From NCBI GenBank assembly GCA_964612665.1, contig CAZTCI010000005.1, positions 175,549 to 239,548 of the forward strand: 64,000 nt of DNA, read 5' to 3'. Position 1 is the first letter of the stretch. Each line of letters starts with the position of its first letter. The position numbers and the translations under genes are program-made. Below are positions 27,618 to 37,800 of this stretch, in pieces. The notes beneath the pieces are model-generated. The model searched no databases, was not told the DNA's origin, and worked only from the letters and a program-made list of their open reading frames with translations. Source of the stretch: an uncultured Planctomycetales bacterium (GTDB lineage Bacteria > Omnitrophota > Gorgyraeia > Zapsychrales > JAHFFX01).

Positions 27618-28369
27618 TGAAACGATTTTTATATTTCAGTATAGTGATCACAGCCGTTTTTAGCATGCAATCACCGCTGTTTGCTGAAACATCTATGGGA
27701 AACAAAGGCTTTGCGTTAGTTGAACTTTTTACCTCTGAAGGCTGTTCCAATTGTCCTCCGGCGGATGAAATTTTATTAAGCTTAACCGATATGGTGCGTG
27801 TTAGGAGTTTGCCAGTTTATACCTTATCGTTTCATGTTGATTACTGGAACAAGTTAGGATGGACCGATCCTTTCAGCCAACCGCTTTTTACGCAACGGCA
27901 AATTGCCTACGCCGACCGTTTTCATTTACAAAGTATTTTTACGCCGCAAATGATTATTAATGGAAAAGAGAATTTTGTCGGTTCCCGCGCTGATTTGGCC
28001 CAAGATGCAATTAGTGACGCCTTGCAAAAAAATTCTACGGTTAAAATTAATGTTCATTCTTTAAAGCGCTCAGAAAACGAAGCCGTCTTTGAATATACGC
28101 TGGAGAACGCTCGATTAAACTGGCTATTGGAGGCCGCTTTGGTTGAAGGTCACGCCGTGAGTGAAGTCAATCGCGGCGAAAATGAGGGAAGAACTTTACA
28201 GCACGCTCATGTGGTTAGAGAGTTAAAGAGTGTGAAGCTTCAAGAGTTGCAAGGTCAAATAACTTTTTCATTGTCGAAGCTTTCAAACGCAAAGGACAGT
28301 GCCGTTATCTTTTTTCTCCAAGATCCTGTAAGTCTAGAGGTTGTGGCGGCTGCACAAGTTAATTTGTGA
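27617..28369 (+). CDS. DUF1223 domain protein (secreted, CxxC-containing)
   Basis: VELFTSEGCSNCPPADE is the DUF1223 hallmark. Signal peptide present. Start overlaps the previous stop (TAATG). Confidence 0.7.
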   Translation: MKRFLYFSIVITAVFSMQSPLFAETSMGNKGFALVELFTSEGCSNCPPADEILLSLTDMVRVRSLPVYTLSFHVDYWNKLGWTDPFSQPLFTQRQIAYADRFHLQSIFTPQMIINGKENFVGSRADLAQDAISDALQKNSTVKINVHSLKRSENEAVFEYTLENARLNWLLEAALVEGHAVSEVNRGENEGRTLQHAHVVRELKSVKLQELQGQITFSLSKLSNAKDSAVIFFLQDPVSLEVVAAAQVNL

Positions 28370-28444
28370 TATACTTGTAGCGGGTTTTGTATAGAGAGAT
28401 AGGAAACGTTATTTTTAAAAAATTTTTCTGTTAGGATAAAGGCC

Positions 28445-28834
28445 ATGCGGTTTGATCAAAAAGCGTTTACTCTTGTGGAAATGATGGTCGTGGTCGGCAT
28501 TATTGCTATCTTAGCGGCCATTGCATTGCCAAATCTTTTAAAATCGAAAATCTCTGCCAATGACGCTTCAGCCAAGGCCACGCTCAAATCTGTTGCTAAC
28601 GCGCTTGAAACGTATTACGCCAGCAATAATTCTTACCCGCCTGATCCTACTTCACTGACGGGCGCCGCGCCACCTTATTTGAATAAAAACTATTTCACAG
28701 GTAACTACAACGGCTTTAGTTTTACGTTTTCCACGACGGATTCCACATACACGGTAACCGCGACCCCGGTTGCTGTGGGCCAAACCGGTTCAACGACTTT
28801 TACTATAAGCACGGGAGGCGTTTTAGCGCCTTAA
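28445..28834 (+). CDS. type IV pilin / pseudopilin (prepilin-type N-terminal methylation domain)
   Basis: KAFTLVEMMVVVGIIAILAAIALP gives the class III signal with Glu+5. T/S-rich C-terminal domain. Confidence 0.8.
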   Translation: MRFDQKAFTLVEMMVVVGIIAILAAIALPNLLKSKISANDASAKATLKSVANALETYYASNNSYPPDPTSLTGAAPPYLNKNYFTGNYNGFSFTFSTTDSTYTVTATPVAVGQTGSTTFTISTGGVLAP

Positions 28835-28856
28835 TCATTTTAGGAAAGGAGAAGTC

Positions 28857-29027
28857 ATGGGCGGCTTACTGAGTTTGGTTATTTTTGCCTTGGATATATG
28901 GGTAATTGTGGATTGTATCAAGAGTTCAAGGGATTCAAATAATAAAATTTTGTGGGTCCTGTTGATTATTTTCCTGCCTTTAGTTGGGTTAATCCTATAT
29001 CTTACCCTCGGAAAGAATAAAGCCTGA
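28857..29027 (+). CDS. PLD-nuclease N-terminal-domain (PLDc_N, PF13396-like) mini membrane protein, 56 aa
   Basis: AAGGAGAAG lies before the ATG. MGGLLSLVIFALDIWVIVDCIKS...ILWVLLIIFLPLVGLILYLTLGKNKA has the typical two-helix PLDc_N pattern. Below the track cut-off. Confidence 0.55.
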   Translation: MGGLLSLVIFALDIWVIVDCIKSSRDSNNKILWVLLIIFLPLVGLILYLTLGKNKA

Positions 29028-29113
29028 AAATTTTTGCTTTTTTACAAGTGCATAGGCTATACTTCTTACCGTATTGCAAATTTTAGCAAAATTAATATTC
29101 TTGAGGTGTTAGA

Positions 29114-30820
29114 GTGAGCCGATACCGATTTTTACCAGGCATTTTAATGCTGTCTACAGCATTTTGTTTTTGTCCTTTCTTATGGGCTGAAGTTAATTCT
29201 ACCGTGGCCCAGCCTAATGCCGTTATCAAAGCAAAATCCGCTCAAGCGTGTAATTCTTTTACCTTTGACGCGACCGATTCTTATGATCCTCAACATCAAG
29301 ATATTTCTTTCCTTTGGGATTTCGGCGATGGAACAACCAGTACTCAGTCCGTCGCTGAGCATACCTATCAAAAAATAGGGACGTATAAAGTTCAACTGAC
29401 CGTAAAAGATACTTCCAATAGTAATTGTGGGGTCGCGACTAAAACACAATTGGTCACCGCCAATCTTCCTCCCGAAGCGGTTATTAAAAGTCCGGATAAA
29501 GTTTGTTTTAATCAATCCGTTGATTTAGATGGTTCACAAAGTCACAATCCGGCTAATGGACCGTTGTCTTATCATTGGGAATTAGGCGATGGAAGCGCTC
29601 AAGAAGGCGCAAAAGTAATAAAGCTCTATAATCATCCTGGAACTTATAACGCCGCATTAACAGTTGACGACAACGCTGGAACATCGTGTAGTCAAAGCAC
29701 GGCGCAAAAAAAAATCCGGGTCAATGAAGCTCCGGTGGCGGATGCCGGCGGGAACATTAATGCGGAATGTTTAGCATCGGCGGATTCTTTGAGCATCACT
29801 TTTGATGGTTCAAAATCATATGACAGTACCAATGATCCTTTAACCTATTCTTGGAATTTTGGCGACGGGACAACAGCGCAGGGTGAGAAAGTGACGCACC
29901 ATTTTAGTGAAGGCGGGAAATATAATGTGACGCTCACGGTGACCGATGACTCTGGATTAAAATGCAATGCAAGCACGGATACAATTGAAGTCACACTCAG
30001 CCAGGCGCCGAAAGCAGATGCGGGCAAAGATATATCGGTATGCGTGGGCGAAGTCGTTAATTTTGATGGGACCAATTCTTTTGTTGATAAAAGAGAGGCG
30101 TTGTTTTCGTTATGGACTTTTGGCGACGGGGCTAATGAACGCGGATTGAAGGTTCAGCATTATTATAATAAACCTGGCGTTTATAAAGCAGTTCTTTCCG
30201 TTGAAAATGCCCATAGTCTTAATTGTCCTAAATCGACGGATTCCCGGATGGTTTATGTCAGCGCAGCGCCCAAAATTACTCTTAACGCCTCAGAAAAGGT
30301 AGGCTGTGTTGGAAAAGAGATTCTTTTTGATGTGACATCAAATGCGGTTAATAAAAAGGATTTGACTTATTTTTGGAGTTTTGGTGATGGAACGATTTTA
30401 AAAGCAGGACCGCGCGTAACACATCCGTACAAAAAAGGCGGCACATATAAAGTGACGGTTATTTTGGACATGGAAGGTGCTTCTCCATGCGCAACGCAAT
30501 TCGCAATGATGAATTTAAAAATAAATACGCCGCCCAAAGCCGATGCCGGCCCGAATTTAGTTTGCTGTGCTAATGAACAAGCAGATTTTGATGGATCGAA
30601 GTCTGCCGACGCCGACGGCGATCCGTTAACTTATCAATGGGATTTTGGCGACGGCGAAATGGCGACAGGCGCCAAAGCGGTTCATCAATATTTAAAAGGT
30701 GGTTCTTATCAGGTGAAATTAACTGTTGATGATAATTCTGGATCATCTTGCTCTGAGGATGAAGCTGCTTTTACGGCCGAAGTGAATGAAAAGCCGGTGC
30801 CGGTTATTAAAGTTCGGTAA
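29114..30820 (+). CDS. secreted protein with seven tandem PKD domains
   Basis: GTG start. Signal peptide. The (F/Y)DGSxSxD...PLxYxWxFGDGT...HxY block recurs 7 times. Confidence 0.85.
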   Translation: MSRYRFLPGILMLSTAFCFCPFLWAEVNSTVAQPNAVIKAKSAQACNSFTFDATDSYDPQHQDISFLWDFGDGTTSTQSVAEHTYQKIGTYKVQLTVKDTSNSNCGVATKTQLVTANLPPEAVIKSPDKVCFNQSVDLDGSQSHNPANGPLSYHWELGDGSAQEGAKVIKLYNHPGTYNAALTVDDNAGTSCSQSTAQKKIRVNEAPVADAGGNINAECLASADSLSITFDGSKSYDSTNDPLTYSWNFGDGTTAQGEKVTHHFSEGGKYNVTLTVTDDSGLKCNASTDTIEVTLSQAPKADAGKDISVCVGEVVNFDGTNSFVDKREALFSLWTFGDGANERGLKVQHYYNKPGVYKAVLSVENAHSLNCPKSTDSRMVYVSAAPKITLNASEKVGCVGKEILFDVTSNAVNKKDLTYFWSFGDGTILKAGPRVTHPYKKGGTYKVTVILDMEGASPCATQFAMMNLKINTPPKADAGPNLVCCANEQADFDGSKSADADGDPLTYQWDFGDGEMATGAKAVHQYLKGGSYQVKLTVDDNSGSSCSEDEAAFTAEVNEKPVPVIKVR

Positions 30821-31257
30821 TTAATAAGTTCAATCTATATTATGAATGTAAATTGACAGGGCCCATTGTTTTTATTCTTTAAAACCCCCCGGGATTTACA
30901 AAACTATAATATATCCTCTCGATTAAAATCCCAAGCATCACAAATTTAAAGTCATATACCGGAACTCAGCCGCTGCGGTCCAAAGGCGTAGACAGCGCCT
31001 GATTAACGCCTGGATCAAAATTCTAACCAAAAAATAACCGTCTGTTGATTATTATGAAGGTGAAGATGGGGATAAATGAAAAGAGAGTGTGTGCTAATTT
31101 CAAAAAAATTTTTTAGAAGCCCAGCAAAAGCAGTATCAGAAATATCTTGATAGTTTGGAAAGAAAATAGTAATGTGAACGCAAATCTAAGCGCTCATTTT
31201 TTTTTCTAAAACCATCCCATACAAATTCCCCTCAATCTCCCTCATTAAGAGGTGACG

Positions 31258-33417
31258 ATGATTCAAAATGAATTGAAACGTTTGCTTAAACTCCATTTTG
31301 GCTTTGATCAGTTCCGTCCGATGCAGGAAGCTATCATTCATCATGTTTTAAACCGCCAGGACACGCTTGTTTTAATGCCGACCGGCGGCGGAAAATCGTT
31401 GTGTTATCAATTGCCGGCGTTAGTTTTCAACGGGCTGACTTTGGTGATTTCGCCATTGATTGCACTCATGAAAGATCAAGTTGATGGATTGAAAGAAAAC
31501 GGAATTCCCGCCGAATTCATTAACAGCAGTTTCTCTTTTTCGGAAATCATGCAGGTCCAGGAAAAAATTAAAGAAGGCCAGGTCAAAATTTTATATCTGG
31601 CGCCGGAACGTTTGGTCTTACCCGGATTTCAAGAATTTTTGCGCAGTATTCCAGTCAGTTTGGTTGCGGTTGATGAAGCGCATTGTATTTCGCAGTGGGG
31701 ACATGATTTTCGTCCGGATTATTTGAATTTAAAAATGCTGCGCGAATTATTTCCTTCCGCGGTCATCATGGCCTTGACCGCGACCGCAACACTTAAAGTC
31801 CGCCACGACATCACAGCACATTTAAATTTATGTCAGCCAAAGACGTTCCTTTCAAGTTTTAACCGCCCGAATCTTCAATATGAAATCCGCTCTAAATCCA
31901 ATGCCTTTGGTGAACTCCTTGAACTTTTACGCCAGCATCAAGACCAACCGACGATCATTTACTGTTTTTCCCGCAACGATACCGAAGTCTTGGCGTCGCG
32001 GTTAAATGCGAACCAGTTTAAGGCGGCGGCGTATCACGCCGGTCTCGATGCCGAAACGCGCACCCGCATTCAGGAGCAGTTTATTCGTGACGAAATTCCA
32101 ATCATGACGGCGACAATCGCGTTCGGCATGGGTATTGATAAGCCGGACATTCGATTGATCGTGCATTATGATCTTCCTAAATCCATTGAAGGTTACTATC
32201 AAGAAACCGGCCGCGCCGGGCGGGATGATTTGCCGGCGGATTGCGTTTTGTTTTATTCCTTTGGCGATAAATTTAAGCAGGAATATTTTATCGAACGCGT
32301 TGAAAATCCAGAAGAACGGGCGCGCGCTCAGAAAAAATTAAATGATGTGATTGCTTTTTGCGAAGGCCAAGCCTGCCGTCGGAAATTTCTTTTAAGCTAT
32401 TTTGGCGAACGTTTCGAAACCGCAAATTGCGGCCGCTGCGATATTTGTACGCGCCCGATGGAAGAATTTGATGCGACCGACATCACGCACAAAGTTTTGG
32501 AATGTGTGCGCGGCGTTGGAGAACGGTTTGGCATTCAGTATGTCATCGATGTCTTACGCGGATCGCAAAATCAGCGCATTATGAATTTCAAACATGACAG
32601 CCTGCCTGTTTTCGGCGCGGGCGCTTTGTTAAGCGTCATGGAACTTAAAGAGATTATAAAGTCATTGATTGAAAAAAATTTTCTCATTAAAACCGCTGAC
32701 GAATATCCAACCTTGGGATTAACTAAACAAGGGCGTTCGTTTTTAGAAACAAATGAAACCGTGACGCTCCTTAAACCCCGCCGGGAAATTAAAGAAAAAC
32801 CGGTTAAAAAATCACCGCGCCTGTTGGGACAACCGTATGACCCAAATCTTTTTGAAGTCTTAAGAACATTACGAAAACATCTGGCCCAGGAACGCGGTGT
32901 TCCGCCGTTTGTGATTTTTCCTGACACCGCGCTTTATCAAATGGCCCATGATCTGCCTCAAACTCCTCAAAGTTTTTTACAAATTACCGGCGTCGGAGAA
33001 AAAAAACTCGAGCAGTTTGGGCAGGCCTTTATCGATGCGATAACGGCTTATGTGAAAGAACATAATATATCGCCTGTTTCTCTGCCACCGATTCTTTCTC
33101 CAGGCTTAACACGAAATTCAACTTATGAAACAACCAAACAGCTGCTTCATGAGAAGTTGTCGCTAGAAGCTATGGCGGCCAAACGCGAATTGTCCGTCGG
33201 AACGATAATCAGTCATCTGGAAAAAATATCAGAGACACACCCAATTGTTGATTTTGAACATCTGAAACCAGAGCTGTCGAGATTTAAGAAAATAGAAATA
33301 GCTTTCGCGCAATCAGGCGGATTGATGTTGAGTCCTGTGAAGTCGAGATTGCCGGAAGATTTTTCGTTTGAAGAACTGCGTCTGGCGCGGATTTTTCTCA
33401 AACCAATTAAAATTTAA
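31258..33417 (+). CDS. recQ: ATP-dependent DNA helicase RecQ (helicase + RQC + HRDC + C-terminal extension)
   Basis: FGFDQFRPMQ, MPTGGGKSLCYQLPA, DEAHCISQWGHDFRPDY and the Zn-binding CGRCDIC cluster. ATG 31258 sits after AAGAGGTGA. An alternative GTG lies at 31252. Confidence 0.9.
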   Translation: MIQNELKRLLKLHFGFDQFRPMQEAIIHHVLNRQDTLVLMPTGGGKSLCYQLPALVFNGLTLVISPLIALMKDQVDGLKENGIPAEFINSSFSFSEIMQVQEKIKEGQVKILYLAPERLVLPGFQEFLRSIPVSLVAVDEAHCISQWGHDFRPDYLNLKMLRELFPSAVIMALTATATLKVRHDITAHLNLCQPKTFLSSFNRPNLQYEIRSKSNAFGELLELLRQHQDQPTIIYCFSRNDTEVLASRLNANQFKAAAYHAGLDAETRTRIQEQFIRDEIPIMTATIAFGMGIDKPDIRLIVHYDLPKSIEGYYQETGRAGRDDLPADCVLFYSFGDKFKQEYFIERVENPEERARAQKKLNDVIAFCEGQACRRKFLLSYFGERFETANCGRCDICTRPMEEFDATDITHKVLECVRGVGERFGIQYVIDVLRGSQNQRIMNFKHDSLPVFGAGALLSVMELKEIIKSLIEKNFLIKTADEYPTLGLTKQGRSFLETNETVTLLKPRREIKEKPVKKSPRLLGQPYDPNLFEVLRTLRKHLAQERGVPPFVIFPDTALYQMAHDLPQTPQSFLQITGVGEKKLEQFGQAFIDAITAYVKEHNISPVSLPPILSPGLTRNSTYETTKQLLHEKLSLEAMAAKRELSVGTIISHLEKISETHPIVDFEHLKPELSRFKKIEIAFAQSGGLMLSPVKSRLPEDFSFEELRLARIFLKPIKI

Positions 33418-33536
33418 ATAGCAATAAGCTTTCAAAATTCTTACAATAATTTGTTCTGTTGCAACATCTGTTCAGCCTGATCCATTCCCAGAAGAAAGAA
33501 TTTTTTTTCAACATATCTTAAAAAGGAGAAATACTG

Positions 33537-34589
33537 ATGAATATCGACGAACAAAAGCTTAATGAGTTTATGGGGAAAGTCGTTGGCGATATTGGTGCCG
33601 CCGCGAGTGCGGTGATGGCGCTGGTCGGCGACCAGCTTGGGCTTTATAAAGCGTTGGACAAAAAGCCGATGACCGCCGAGGAATTGGCCAAAGCGACGAA
33701 AACAAGCGAACGCTATATCCGCGAATGGCTCGGCAACCAAGCGGCCGGCGGTTATGTTCATTACGATAAGAAAACTAAAAAATATTCTCTGACACCTGAA
33801 CAAAGTTTTGCATTAGCGAATGAAGATAGTCCGGTTTTTGTTCAAGGCGCTTTTCAAGTGATCTCGGCGATGTTTAAAGCCCAGCCCAAGCTCGCGCAAA
33901 ATTTTAGAACCGGCAAAGGCATGGCCTGGGGTGAACATGACGAAGCTTTGTTTCATGGTACGGAACGTTTTTTCCGTCCTAATTATAAAGGAAATTTGAT
34001 CGCCTCGTGGATTCCGGCACTGAATGATGTTGAAGCTAAACTCAAAAAAGGCGCGGTCGTGGCGGATGTTGGCTGCGGTTTTGGCTCATCGACGATTTTG
34101 ATGGCTGAAGCTTTTCCTAAATCGAAATTCATTGGATTTGATTTTCATCCCGGTTCAATTGAAAACGCCCGCAAGCGCGCTAAGGATAAAGGGCTCACCA
34201 AGAATATTTCTTTTGAAGTCGCCCGCTCGACGGACTTTCCGGGAAAAGATTATGATCTCGTGACGTATTTCGATTGCCTTCATGACATGGGCGATCCGAA
34301 AGGCGCCGCGCGGCATGTTTTACAGTCGCTCGCCAAAGACGGCACGTGGATGATTGTTGAACCGTTCGCCGGAGATTCGTTTGAAGAAAATCTAAATCCC
34401 GTCGGCCGGGTCTTTTACGCGGCTTCAACGTGTATTTGCGTGCCGGCATCACTCGCCGATAACGGACCGGCGTTAGGCGCGCAAGCCGGAGAAGCGGTCT
34501 TGCGTGATTTGGTTATGGGCGGCGGGTTTACACGTTTCCGTCGGGCAGCGCAGACACCGTTTAATTTGGTGTTGGAAGCAAGACCTTAA
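33537..34589 (+). CDS. class I SAM-dependent methyltransferase with N-terminal winged-helix domain
   Basis: DVGCGFGSSTILMAE (motif I) and an N-terminal wHTH (TAEELAKATKTSERYIREWL), giving an Rv2258c-like architecture. Confidence 0.75.
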   Translation: MNIDEQKLNEFMGKVVGDIGAAASAVMALVGDQLGLYKALDKKPMTAEELAKATKTSERYIREWLGNQAAGGYVHYDKKTKKYSLTPEQSFALANEDSPVFVQGAFQVISAMFKAQPKLAQNFRTGKGMAWGEHDEALFHGTERFFRPNYKGNLIASWIPALNDVEAKLKKGAVVADVGCGFGSSTILMAEAFPKSKFIGFDFHPGSIENARKRAKDKGLTKNISFEVARSTDFPGKDYDLVTYFDCLHDMGDPKGAARHVLQSLAKDGTWMIVEPFAGDSFEENLNPVGRVFYAASTCICVPASLADNGPALGAQAGEAVLRDLVMGGGFTRFRRAAQTPFNLVLEARP

Positions 34590-34676
34590 ATGAATAACCA
34601 ATAACCAAGATAGCAATAACCAAACAATATTCGAGTTCCAATATCCAATCTATTGTTTTAGTCAAGTTGCTCGTTG

Positions 34677-34773
34677 ATCGGTTGCGTAGCTGGAATCGTT
34701 AAACGTCCATGTTTGTCGTCTAAAAAAGGACGAACATCGACCAACAAAAAATGATTCGAGCTACACAACCGAT
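34677..34773 (+). promoter_or_regulatory. imperfect 22-bp inverted repeat (19/22) with 53-nt spacer in the 250-nt lhr leader, preceded by three AATAACCA direct repeats
   Basis: ATCGGTTGCGTAGCTGGAATCG (34677-34698) pairs with TGATTCGAGCTACACAACCGAT (34752-34773). AATAACCA occurs at 34593, 34600 and 34615. Confidence 0.3.
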
Positions 34774-34839
34774 TAACGCTTAACGAAAACGGTAAGCACT
34801 TTTTTTAAAGAATACACGCCATTCTTTCCGGACAAACCC

Positions 34840-37800
34840 ATGTCCCTATCCACCTTTCACCTCATTACTCGAAAATGGTTCGAACAAACCTTTGGTCAAC
34901 CGACCGAAGCTCAAAGCCTTGCCTGGCCGGCGATTAAAAATCAGAAACACACTTTAATCGCTGCTCCGACGGGCAGCGGGAAAACGCTCGCGGCTTTTTA
35001 TGCGGCGATTGATGATTTAGTCGTGAAAGGTCTTAACGGTCACTTGCCTGACCAAACGCAAATCGTTTATGTGTCACCGCTCAAAGCTTTAAGCAACGAC
35101 ATTCAGCGCAATCTGCAGTTTCCTTTGAAAGGCATTGAAGCCGAACTGCAAGCGCAAGGTTATCCAGACGTTCATATTTCCGTTGCTGTGCGCACCGGCG
35201 ATACCACACCTGCTGAACGCCAGAAAATGTTAAAACATCCGCCGCACATATTAGTAACCACACCGGAATCCTTGTATCTTTTATTGACGAGTCATGGCGG
35301 CCGAGAGATGTTGCGCGGCGTGCGTACGGTTATTATCGATGAAATCCATGCCATGATCGATGACAAACGCGGATCGTATTTAGCATTATCCATTGAACGA
35401 CTAGAACATCTAAGCGATTGTCGGTTGCAGCGGATTGGACTTTCCGCGACGCAAAAGCCAATCGATTTAGTCGCCCGTTTTTTGGTTGGTAACAAAAATA
35501 TCAAAGATGGCCAGGCCGATTGCGTTATTGTTGATACAGGACTTCGACGGAAATTGAATATTTCTTTAGAAGTTCCCCAATCACCGCTCAGCGCCATTAT
35601 GAGTAACGAAGTTTGGACCGAAATTTATGAGCGTTTGATTGAACTGATTAATCAGCATCGCACCACACTGATTTTTGTAAACACCCGTCGGCTCGCTGAA
35701 CGTTTGGCCATGGCCTTGGGAGAACGAATGGGCGAAGAACATGTGACCTCGCATCACGGCAGCATGAGTAAAGAACACCGTCACAGTGCGGAACAACGAT
35801 TAAAAGCCGGACACTTGAAAGTTTTGGTTGCAACGGCATCCATGGAGTTAGGCATTGATATTGGTTCAGTTGAATTAGTTGTGCAGTTTTCTTCACCCAA
35901 AAGTATTGCCGCTTTTATTCAGCGCGTCGGGCGAAGCGGGCATTACGTCGGTGGAACGCCCAAAGGCATTTTATTCCCGCTTTCCCGTGATGAACTGGTT
36001 GAATGTGCGGCCATTTTAGACAGTGTCCGGCGCGGCGAACTTGATCACATCACCATGCCCGAAAGTCCAATCGACATTTTAAGTCAACAGATCGTCGCGG
36101 AAGTTGCGGCCGCTGGTGAGTGGGGCGTTGATGATTTGTACACACTTTTTTCAAATGCGTATCCTTATCGTAATTTTTCAAAAGAAAACTTTTTAGAAAT
36201 CATCCACATGGTCAGTGAAGGATTTACAACGCGCCGCGGCCGGCGGGGGACTTATTTGCATTTCGATGCGGTCAACGGACGTTTGCGCGCCCGTCGGGGA
36301 GCGCAGTTAGCGGCGTTGACAAACGGCGGGTCGATTCCAGATATGTTTGATTATGAAGTTGTTTTACAGCCGGAAGGAATTACGGTTGGATCTCTCAACG
36401 AAGACTTTGCTTTAGAATCCATGGCGGGCGATATTTTTACGCTAGGAACGCATTCCTGGCAGTTAATCGGCGTTCAAGGTTTAAAAGTCATGGTCCAAGA
36501 TGCCGCCGGAAAACCGCCCACGGTTCCTTTTTGGTTAGGCGAAGGGCCTGGGCGCAGTGATGAGTTAAGTATTTCGGTCGGTCGGCTGCGCGAAACACTC
36601 AACACGTTGCTAGATCAAGAGCCTCTCCCACAAAATACCGCGGATAAAAACGAATTTTCAATTCACGATAAACAGGCCGTGCGATGGTTGGTTGACGAAG
36701 TTGGATTGGCCCAAGGCGCTGCTGAACAATTAGTGATCTATTTATGGATGGGTAAAATTGGATTAGGCGTCATGCCGACGCAGAAAAATATTATCATGGA
36801 ACGTTTCTTTGATGAAGCCGGTGACATGCATTTGGTCATTCATTCTTTATACGGCAGCCGAATTAACCGCGGCTGGGGTTTGGCGTTACGCAAAAAATTT
36901 TGTCGGAATTTCAATTTTGAATTACAAGCCGCGGCCAATGAAAACAGTATCATTCTGTCCTTGAGTTCTTCTCATAGTTTTCCTCTCGACGATGTTTTTC
37001 GTTATCTGAATTCCAAAATTCTGCGCGAAACGCTGATTCAAGCGATGCTGGATGCGCCGTTATTTGAAATCCGCTGGCGGTGGAACGCCACAAGAGCGCT
37101 CGCCATTTTACGCAACCGAAACGGAAAGCGCGTGCCGCCGTATTTGCAACGCATGCAGGCGGAAGATTTAGTCGCGCAAGTTTTTCCGGACCAAATCGCT
37201 TGTTTTGAAAATATCGAAGGTGAAAGAAAAATCCCAGATCATCCGCTCGTCAACCAAGTGATTCACGATTGTTTGACCGAGGCGATGGATATTGATGGAC
37301 TAGAAAAATTGATCAGTCAGATTGAACGTAAAGAATTGACGTTGATTGCGAAAGATTTACGCGAACCGTCTGTCTTCGCGCAGGAAATCATTAACGCCCG
37401 GCCGTATGCTTTTCTCGATGACACTGAATTCGCCGAGTGGCGGGTGAATGCGGTCCGCAATCGCAGCTGGCTTGATCCTGGTGAAGCCAAGGATTTAAGT
37501 AAACTCGATCCGCAAGCAATTCAAACCGTCAAAGAAGAAGCCTGGCCGCAGTCGCAAAACGCTGATGAACTGCATGACACGTTAATGATTCATGGTTTTA
37601 TAACCGAAGAAGAGGGACGCCTTAATAAGTGGGAGAATTTTTTTGAAGATTTAATCCGGCAAGGCCGGGCGGCGCGATTGCACATCGCTGAAAATCATAT
37701 TTTGTGGATTACGGCTGAACACACGCTGTTATTTGAGTTGATTTATGAAAATAAAGAAATTGTCCCGGCCGTTCACCTTCCTAAATCGATTCAACAAAAA

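Noticed and set aside
30821-31251. 430-nt intergenic region before recQ scanned for sRNA/tRNA/small ORF
   Set aside because: Only a 19-codon ORF and weak hairpins were found, with no tRNA-like cloverleaf or T-loop consensus. It could hold a promoter, but nothing supportable.
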